A program made the position numbers and the translations under genes. Below are positions 57,543-64,000 of a stretch of DNA of 64,000 bases, one piece after another. The first letter of the stretch is position 1; each line of letters opens with the position of its first letter. The notes beneath the pieces were generated by a model. That model worked only from the letters and a program-made list of their open reading frames with translations. It was not told where the DNA came from and ran no database searches. Location of the stretch: assembly GCA_016204465.1 (NCBI GenBank), contig JACQKQ010000033.1, positions 858-64,857 on the forward strand. The letters are read 5' to 3'. This DNA comes from Candidatus Levyibacteriota bacterium. Lineage in GTDB: Bacteria; Patescibacteriota; Microgenomatia; Levybacterales; UBA12049.

Positions 57543-58316
57543 ATGCGAAAATGGACGGTAGTAGGGCTTTTTTTGGCCGGCGTTTTGCTTTTGAGCAGTG
57601 GGTTTTTGCTTGGGAGGAATACGAGAAACCCAACTCAACAAGCAACTCTTTCGCCGACTCCCGTCAAGCAAACGCTTGGAGCAAGAGAGGAAAATCGCCC
57701 GAAGGGTTTGGAGCAAGAATTTTTAGTGACGAAAGTCGTTGACGGCGATACGATTCAGATAGAAACCGGTAAAACGGTCAGATACATTGGCATTGATACG
57801 CCGGAGACAAGCGATCCGCGCCGTGGCATTGAATGCTTTGGGAAAGAAGCAGCTGCAAAAAATAGAGAATTGTTAGAGAGAAAAGAAGTACGGCTGGAAA
57901 AAGATGTTTCGGAAACCGACCGCTACGGACGTTTGCTTCGGTATGTGTTTGTTGACGGTATTTTTGTAAATGACGAGCTCGTTCGGCAGGGGTTTGCCCA
58001 TGCGTCGGCGTATCCACCTGATGTTGTGTATCAAGATCAATTTAGAGAAGCAGAAAAGCAGGCGCGGGAAAACAACAGAGGATTGTGGGCTTCCTGTGGG
58101 GTGCAAAAAGAAAGCAGTGCCGAATCGGTAAGTTCTTCTCAAGTTAACGCAGTTCAAGAAGAAAAAGTAGAAGCGGTAGGTGAAGACAGAGATTGCGGCG
58201 ATTTCAGAACGCACGATGAGGCGCAATCCTTCTTTCTTTCGCAAGGAGGTCCATCTGTGGACCCGCACAAACTGGATCAGGACCAAGATGGCATTGCCTG
58301 CGAAACACTGCCATAG
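57543..58316 (+). CDS. Exported thermonuclease (SNase) with C-terminal Excalibur-like Ca-binding domain
   Basis: VVDGDT, RYIGIDTPE, DRYGRLLRYV, RGLW; DRDC.DF...LDQDQDGIACE. Confidence 0.92.
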   Translation: MRKWTVVGLFLAGVLLLSSGFLLGRNTRNPTQQATLSPTPVKQTLGAREENRPKGLEQEFLVTKVVDGDTIQIETGKTVRYIGIDTPETSDPRRGIECFGKEAAAKNRELLERKEVRLEKDVSETDRYGRLLRYVFVDGIFVNDELVRQGFAHASAYPPDVVYQDQFREAEKQARENNRGLWASCGVQKESSAESVSSSQVNAVQEEKVEAVGEDRDCGDFRTHDEAQSFFLSQGGPSVDPHKLDQDQDGIACETLP

Positions 58317-58330
58317 TTTATAATAATAAC

Positions 58331-58648
58331 ATGTTGTTGGTGTTTGTCAGTTTCGAAAATAAAAAAGATGCAGATAAGGTTGCCAATTATCTTATTGATC
58401 ATCATCTTGCAGCGTGTATTTCACTTGTTCGTACAAAGTCTTTTTATTTCTGGAAGCGAAAAAAGGTTCGCACAAACGAGATTGAAGGAATTATTAAAAC
58501 AACACGAGGAAAGCTCAAAAGCGTTCAAGATGCAATAGGGCAACTGCTATCCTATGAAATCCCTCAAATTATTGCTGTTGAGGCAAAAGACGTAAATGAG
58601 AAATATAAAAAATGGGTAGAAGGTGAGGTGAACACAGAGTGGACTTAG
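58331..58648 (+). CDS. cutA: Divalent-cation tolerance protein CutA
   Basis: HLAACI, SFYFW, IIKT, YEIPQII, YKKW. Confidence 0.88.
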   Translation: MLLVFVSFENKKDADKVANYLIDHHLAACISLVRTKSFYFWKRKKVRTNEIEGIIKTTRGKLKSVQDAIGQLLSYEIPQIIAVEAKDVNEKYKKWVEGEVNTEWT

Positions 58649-59010
58649 CGCAAAAACACTGTGTGCCTTGTGAAGGCGGCACTCCACCCTTAACAGACGA
58701 TCAGGAGGAGAAGATGTTCAAGCTTGTTGCGCATGACTCCTCGACAGGTTCGGGGCAAGCATCAGATTGGATGCTCGTTCGCGATGGCACGCATAAACTC
58801 ACTCGACAGTTTAAGTTCAAAAACTTTAAAGAGGCAATTTCCTTTATTAACAAGTTAGCTAATCTTGCAGAAAGAGAGCAGCACCATCCAGATATTAAAA
58901 TAGTCTACAACAGAGTGCAGTTGGAGCTTTTTACCCATGCTGTGGGAGGGCTTTCGGAAAACGACTTTATTATGGCCGTAAAAATAAATAAGCTTAAAAC
59001 CAACGTTTGA
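58639..59010 (+). CDS. Pterin-4-alpha-carbinolamine dehydratase
   Basis: CVPCEGG, FKNFKEA, EQHHPDI, THAVGGLSENDFIMA. Confidence 0.92.
   Translation: MDLAQKHCVPCEGGTPPLTDDQEEKMFKLVAHDSSTGSGQASDWMLVRDGTHKLTRQFKFKNFKEAISFINKLANLAEREQHHPDIKIVYNRVQLELFTHAVGGLSENDFIMAVKINKLKTNV
58736..58759 (+). repeat. 24-nt TCGAC mini-element in frame in the dehydratase gene
   Basis: ACTCCTCGACAGGTTCGGGGCAAG (DSSTGSGQA); 17/24 identical to the recJ 29537-60 copy. Confidence 0.75.
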
Positions 59011-59995
59011 AGCGAAATACCACAAGCATTGCTAGTGAGGTAGTAAGCATAACAAAAATAATTATCCAAAACGCATTCGGATCACGGGCAAACGGAAGAT
59101 CTATATTCATACCATATAAACTTGCAAGTAAGTTTAATGGAAGAATAATTGCGGAGAAAATCGTTAGTACTTTTATTACCTGATTTGTTTTAGATGTAAG
59201 GAACGATTCGTTACTTTCGGATATGCCCTCTATTAACTCTCGCCCGTCTTCAAGCCGTTCCCAAATTTTATGCAAGTGGTCTAAAACGTTGCTCCAAAAT
59301 GGCTGCATTGCGCCATTGAGCTCTCGATACTCACCTTCCTCAAGCCGTCTAAAAATTGGAATCAGCGGTTTTATCATAGTTTGGAATACAACAATATTAC
59401 GTCTGGTAATGGAAATTTCTTCAAGCGTGCGTTCGGTTGGTACGTGTTCAAGTTCTTTATCAATCTTATCAATTGTTGCGTACAACTCGTTAAGTAAAGG
59501 GAAACATGTGTCAACTAAGGCGTCAACAACCCGATATGCCAAAAAAACAGTGCCTTGTCCCATAAACTCGTTTCGGTTGGGGAGCGTTTTTTGGCATTTT
59601 GCAAAAATATCGTTAATTGGGGAAAGAACTCCCTCGTGGAGGATAACAACATAGTCTTTGCCCACAAAGAAGTCAATTTGAGTGGTTGCCATGCGTTTTT
59701 TTCTTATAGAACCGGAGAAGGAGGGGAGGGGAACAGAGGAAAGTGCTGCTTGAGGAAAATTGAAGATATGAGATTTTTGCTCTGTATGATTAAGGCCAAC
59801 ATAGGGGAAATCCAGGACAATAAGCGCATACTCTTTATAAATTTCGACTTTTGGGGCCTGTGTCTTATTAATATAATCATCAAGATGGAGGCTATCAAAA
59901 CCATAGGTATTCCTGAGATATTTAACTTCAAACTCACCCGGATTAGTTACCAGTACAAATGAAAGATCGCGGAATTTTACCGTTTGAATATTCAT
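58994..59995 (-). CDS. corA: CorA-family Mg2+ transporter
   Basis: IKVLTIFS...LYGMN plus two C-terminal TM helices. Confidence 0.92.
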   Translation of the reverse strand: MNIQTVKFRDLSFVLVTNPGEFEVKYLRNTYGFDSLHLDDYINKTQAPKVEIYKEYALIVLDFPYVGLNHTEQKSHIFNFPQAALSSVPLPSFSGSIRKKRMATTQIDFFVGKDYVVILHEGVLSPINDIFAKCQKTLPNRNEFMGQGTVFLAYRVVDALVDTCFPLLNELYATIDKIDKELEHVPTERTLEEISITRRNIVVFQTMIKPLIPIFRRLEEGEYRELNGAMQPFWSNVLDHLHKIWERLEDGRELIEGISESNESFLTSKTNQVIKVLTIFSAIILPLNLLASLYGMNIDLPFARDPNAFWIIIFVMLTTSLAMLVVFRFKRWF

Positions 59996-60070
59996 GGTAA
60001 GTAAATTGTAAACCTCATACCCTACTTGGTCAACCCCTGAAAAATTTTATGAAAAATAACTTTTCGGTAC

Positions 60071-60104
60071 TTGACAGTTAGCAGATATTCTGCTAGAGTG
60101 CTAA
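60071..60104 (+). promoter_or_regulatory. Promoter overlapped by a CIRCE (HrcA) element
   Basis: TTGACA(60071-76)-17-TAGAGT with TGn; TTAGCAGAT-N9-GAGTGCTAA (60078-60104), 15/18 to consensus. Confidence 0.85.
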
Positions 60105-60125
60105 TAGTATCAATTGACGCTCACT

Positions 60126-62504
60126 ATGGAAAAACTAGTTCCTGTCATTCCGATAAGAGACGGAATAATTTTCCCTAATACAGACTCAGTTCTTACCTTT
60201 GGGAGGCCAAAAAGTCTTGCGGCCCTTGAATCCTCATTTCAAAGCGAACGCATCGTCTGTTTCGTTTTGCAAAAAAACGCAAAGCTCAACGATCCTTCTC
60301 CTTCAGATCTCTATGCCATAGGGACACTTTCTCGTATCGAGCGCATGATACGAACTGATGGAGAAATCAACGCGCAGGTTAGAGGTCTTTCTAGAGTTAA
60401 AATTATTGCATACGACGAACATGCATCACATTTACTTGCAAAAGTTGTTGAACTTCCTGATGTTGTTGAAGACTCACCGGAAATTAAAGCATTGTGCAAT
60501 CACCTTACAAGCGAATTTAGACGAGCCATGAATCTTGGCAAGCCGGCAGATTTTTTGGTGTTTATGAATATTATGTCGGAGAATTCTCCTGCCGAACTCT
60601 CCAATCTCATTTCTTCGGTATTAGACATTAAACCGCAAGAGCGACAGACGCTACTGGAAGAAGTGAGCGTTAAAGTTAGGCTTGAACGGATAGCCGAACT
60701 TTTAGCCCGTGAAATTAAGATTTTGGAACTTGAGCGAAAAATTGCATCAAAAACGCAAGAGCGATTTGAAAAGGGCGCACGGGAAGCAATGCTTCGGGAA
60801 AGGCTTAAGACAATCGAGAAAGAACTTGGCGAAGACGAAGAAGGATCCGAAACAAAAGAGCTTATGGATAAGATAAAAAAGGCCGGCATGCCAGAAGAGG
60901 TTGAGGAAAAAGCGCGAAAAGAAGTGAAAAAGCTTGGGCAAATGAACCAGTTTAATCCCGAAGCAGGCTACATTCGAAACTACCTTGAATGGCTCATTAG
61001 TCTTCCTTGGAGCATAGAAAGCAAAGAACAGATCAATATTAAAGCCGCAGAGAAAATTCTTAACGAAGATCATTTTGGGCTTAAAAAAATAAAAGAGCGT
61101 ATCACCGAATACCTCGCGGTCCACCAACTCTCTGGCAAAATGAAAGGGCCGATCCTCTGTTTTGTCGGACCACCGGGTGTTGGGAAAACATCTATTGGAA
61201 AATCAATTGCTCGGGCTTTGGGCCGTAAGTTTGTCCGCGTGTCGCTTGGCGGTATCAGGGATGAGGCAGAAATTAGAGGCCACCGCCGAACCTACGTTGG
61301 CGCGCTTCCTGGCCGCATTATCCAAGGTGTAAAAGATGCAGGGACAAAAAATCCTGTCTTTATGCTCGACGAGATTGACAAAGTGGGTACAGATTTTCGA
61401 GGCGATCCATCATCGGCCTTGCTTGAAGCACTTGACCCAGAGCAAAATAACCAGTTTTCAGATCACTATTTAGAAGTTCCGTTTGATCTTTCTGACGTTA
61501 TGTTTGTGACAACGGCAAACATTTTGGATACAATTCCGCCCGCGCTTAAAGATCGTTTGGAAATTATTCATTTTGCCGGCTATACGCACGATGAGAAGTT
61601 TCACATAGCTCATGACTTTTTGCTCAAAAAGCAGATGGAAGCACACGGGCTTTCTTCGGAAAAAGTAGACATTACCGACGAGGCAGTGAAGTTTGTCATC
61701 CACCATTATACAAGAGAAGCAGGAGTTCGAAGCCTCGAGCGTCAGCTTGCAACCATACTTCGAAAAGTTGCCAAGCTTGTTGCTCAAGGACGAAAAGAAA
61801 AGACAATTGTCAAACCAAAAGATGTTTCAAGGTTCCTTGGTCCCATTAAATTCAGAGGCACCATGCTTGAAAAGAAAGACGAGGTCGGTATGTCAACGGG
61901 ACTTGCTTGGACTGAAGCAGGAGGCGACATTCTCTTTATCGAAGTAGCTTTAATGCCGGGAAGAGGTAATCTTATCTTAACAGGCCAGCTTGGTGATGTT
62001 ATGAAGGAATCATGTCAAGCAGCAATGTCGTACATAAGAGCGCGGGCAAAATCACTTGGCTTGGCGGATAAATTCTACCAAAAGCTTGATGTGCACGTGC
62101 ACGTGCCTGAAGGAGCAGTTCCTAAAGATGGTCCATCAGCGGGTCTTGCTATTACTACAGCTATTATTTCCGCACTCACAAAAATTCCGGTTAAGCGAAG
62201 GGTGGGTATGACAGGAGAAATTACTCTTCGTGGTAGGGCGCTTGAAATTGGCGGCGTTAAAGAAAAAGTTATTGCAGCCCATCGAGCAGGACTGAAGACA
62301 ATCATCTTGCCAAAAGAAAACAAAAAAGACTTGGAGGATGTGCCAAAGGAAGTCATTCGCGACCTACGCTTTATCTTTGTCTCGCACATGGATGAAGCGT
62401 TGGGCGTTGCGCTTGTCAAGCAGTTTCCAAGGGAAAAAGTCGAGATTGTGAGTACGCCGCACCGTGCGATGCTCCATGCACCACAGCCCTACAAAGCAGA
62501 CTAA
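60126..62504 (+). CDS. lon: ATP-dependent Lon protease
   Basis: GPPGVGKTS, GGIRDEAEIRGHRRTY, LDEIDK, PKDGPSAG, GGVKEK. Confidence 0.98.
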   Translation: MEKLVPVIPIRDGIIFPNTDSVLTFGRPKSLAALESSFQSERIVCFVLQKNAKLNDPSPSDLYAIGTLSRIERMIRTDGEINAQVRGLSRVKIIAYDEHASHLLAKVVELPDVVEDSPEIKALCNHLTSEFRRAMNLGKPADFLVFMNIMSENSPAELSNLISSVLDIKPQERQTLLEEVSVKVRLERIAELLAREIKILELERKIASKTQERFEKGAREAMLRERLKTIEKELGEDEEGSETKELMDKIKKAGMPEEVEEKARKEVKKLGQMNQFNPEAGYIRNYLEWLISLPWSIESKEQINIKAAEKILNEDHFGLKKIKERITEYLAVHQLSGKMKGPILCFVGPPGVGKTSIGKSIARALGRKFVRVSLGGIRDEAEIRGHRRTYVGALPGRIIQGVKDAGTKNPVFMLDEIDKVGTDFRGDPSSALLEALDPEQNNQFSDHYLEVPFDLSDVMFVTTANILDTIPPALKDRLEIIHFAGYTHDEKFHIAHDFLLKKQMEAHGLSSEKVDITDEAVKFVIHHYTREAGVRSLERQLATILRKVAKLVAQGRKEKTIVKPKDVSRFLGPIKFRGTMLEKKDEVGMSTGLAWTEAGGDILFIEVALMPGRGNLILTGQLGDVMKESCQAAMSYIRARAKSLGLADKFYQKLDVHVHVPEGAVPKDGPSAGLAITTAIISALTKIPVKRRVGMTGEITLRGRALEIGGVKEKVIAAHRAGLKTIILPKENKKDLEDVPKEVIRDLRFIFVSHMDEALGVALVKQFPREKVEIVSTPHRAMLHAPQPYKAD

Positions 62505-62560
62505 AATCCTCTTGCACTCTTACGATTATCTGATATAATCCTCGTTAAGGATTTATTGCA

Positions 62561-63217
62561 ATGTTTTCTGTTGTCAAGCTAGATTTGCTTATTGCTATAT
62601 ACGTTTTTTGCGTTGTTATTGCCGAGGTGATGGGTGGCAAGACATTCCATATTCTTGACATTGGCTCCTACCCACTCAACGCAAGCGTTGCACTGTTTGT
62701 GGTACCGGCAATTTTTTCCATAAACGATATTGTCACCGAAGTCTACGGGCCGGAGCGGATGCGAAGCATCATCCGATCAACGCTCTTGGTAGTTGTATTG
62801 GTGCTGCTTTTTTCGCTTCTTGCCACAAATCTTCCTCCATCAAAACGGTTTGTGATAAATGAAGGTGCGTACGACACGATTTTTGGCCTTACCGCACGTA
62901 TTTCGGCAGCAAGTCTTACCGCATTTGCCGTTGCAGACTTTTTAGATGTGCTATTTTTTTCTAAAATCCGAAAGAGACTTGGAAAAAAAGCGTTATGGTT
63001 TCGCAATAATGCCTCTAATTTTATCTCGCAATTTATTGACTCAACGGTGTTTATTTTCTTGGCGTTTTACGCATTTGACAAGGGATTAGGTGATAATATC
63101 GGCTTTTTGTTCAGCCTCATCATTCCGTATTGGCTCTTAAAGACATTCATGTCAGTTGTCGAAACGCCGTTTGTGTACCTTGGGGTTAATTGGCTTAAAG
63201 ACGAGAAGAAAGCATGA
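62561..63217 (+). CDS. Queuosine precursor transporter (VUT/YhhQ family)
   Basis: DIVTEVYG, ASLTAF, WFRNNAS..SQFIDS, ETPFVY. Confidence 0.88.
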   Translation: MFSVVKLDLLIAIYVFCVVIAEVMGGKTFHILDIGSYPLNASVALFVVPAIFSINDIVTEVYGPERMRSIIRSTLLVVVLVLLFSLLATNLPPSKRFVINEGAYDTIFGLTARISAASLTAFAVADFLDVLFFSKIRKRLGKKALWFRNNASNFISQFIDSTVFIFLAFYAFDKGLGDNIGFLFSLIIPYWLLKTFMSVVETPFVYLGVNWLKDEKKA

Positions 63218-63852
63218 TATACAAAAACCTGTCCTTTGAAAAACCCTCTAATCGCCCCTTCTTTTATTCAAGTTTTGTTGCAACTGCTGATGGGAAGGTG
63301 TGGGTAGGCAAGCCAGGCTACTGGCCAATCGGCAGTAAAACAGATTTTGAAACCTTCACGTATCTTCGCGCGCATGCGGATGCAATTATTGACGGCAAAG
63401 GCACGGCCATGCAATTCGGGAAGAATACGATTGAAACAGTCCACAGCGATTCGTTCAAGGCTATTCGAAAATCATTAGGGAAAGTTGGGGAGATTAGATA
63501 TTTTGTTGTGACAAAGCATCCGGATGAAGCCTTAGAAAAAAGACTTGCAAACCCCTTCAATTTTTCACCAGAAATATTTCAAGGAGATATTAATGAGCTT
63601 GTTCAGCAGCTTAAAAATGAGCAGCTTGATTATGTGTTTGTGGACGGCGGGCCGCACCTTTTGACTTCATTTTTAGATCATAATTTACTCGACGAACTCT
63701 TCATTACCATTGCCCCTCGGATTTTCGGCAACGACGGGAGCGCTATGACAATGGTTGAGGGATTATTGCTCGATCCTAAAAAGGTGCAGATGCAACTTCT
63801 TTCAGTCGAAAAAGCTGGAAACGAAGTGTTCCTTCGGTATAGATTAGGTTAA
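63214..63852 (+). CDS. RibD C-terminal/DHFR-like reductase
   Basis: TADGK, LRAHADAII.G, DGGPHL, LLDELFITIAPRIFG. Confidence 0.85.
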   Translation: MIYKNLSFEKPSNRPFFYSSFVATADGKVWVGKPGYWPIGSKTDFETFTYLRAHADAIIDGKGTAMQFGKNTIETVHSDSFKAIRKSLGKVGEIRYFVVTKHPDEALEKRLANPFNFSPEIFQGDINELVQQLKNEQLDYVFVDGGPHLLTSFLDHNLLDELFITIAPRIFGNDGSAMTMVEGLLLDPKKVQMQLLSVEKAGNEVFLRYRLG

Positions 63853-63999
63853 CTGAAAGAGACGAGTTAGGTCAAAAATAAACTTCAGGCCAATTACAAA
63901 AATTGCTCCCAAAACCACTTTTCTAAACTGTTTCTGCGGAATTTTGTTAACGGTTTGTTTGCCGGTAAATGACCCTAACAGCGCAACAAGTAAAAGCAC
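63844..63999 (-). CDS. C-terminal fragment of a membrane protein (TauE/SafE-like), truncated by the window edge
   Basis: VLLLVALLGSFTGKQTVNKIPQKQFRKVVLGAIFVIGLKF...stop. Confidence 0.6.
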   Translation of the reverse strand: MLLLVALLGSFTGKQTVNKIPQKQFRKVVLGAIFVIGLKFIFDLTRLFQLT

Positions 64000-64000
64000 A

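Noticed and set aside
62510-62560. preQ1 riboswitch upstream of the queuosine precursor transporter
   Set aside because: The leader after TATAAT is only about 20 nt with a small ATCCT/AGGAT hairpin and lacks the preQ1 stem-loop and A-rich tail.

Overview
Gene-dense 64 kb chromosomal segment, standard genetic code. Gene content (DUF3048, DUF4446, DUF5679-like, TrpR-like HTH, short archaeal-type AspRS, split secD/secF) and apparently leaderless promoters suggest a CPR/Patescibacteria bacterium, probably Microgenomates (inference). In order it holds: a nucleotide-sugar/GT-C glycosylation cluster; an Rrf2-suf operon with ferredoxin and a 2-oxoacid:ferredoxin oxidoreductase whose beta subunit carries a LAGLIDADG intein; secDF, a CCA-type nucleotidyltransferase, recJ, aspS and gltX; two-component and cell-wall genes; tRNA-Gln(CTG) followed by an AT-rich island (HEPN-like operon, HNH nuclease); and a CIRCE-preceded lon. 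Main candidate novelties: (1) a DUF3800-like RNase H-fold gene paired with a convergent ~147-nt structured RNA that has its own promoter and U-tract; (2) many 7/8/9-bp tandem micro-arrays and 15-27-nt mini-hairpin elements inserted in frame in housekeeping genes, with 24-nt elements nested exactly inside heptamer arrays in recJ; (3) a TrpR-like gene bracketed by two CTAG-centred palindromes; (4) several uncharacterised structured 5' leaders. All family assignments come from motif recognition, not database searches.
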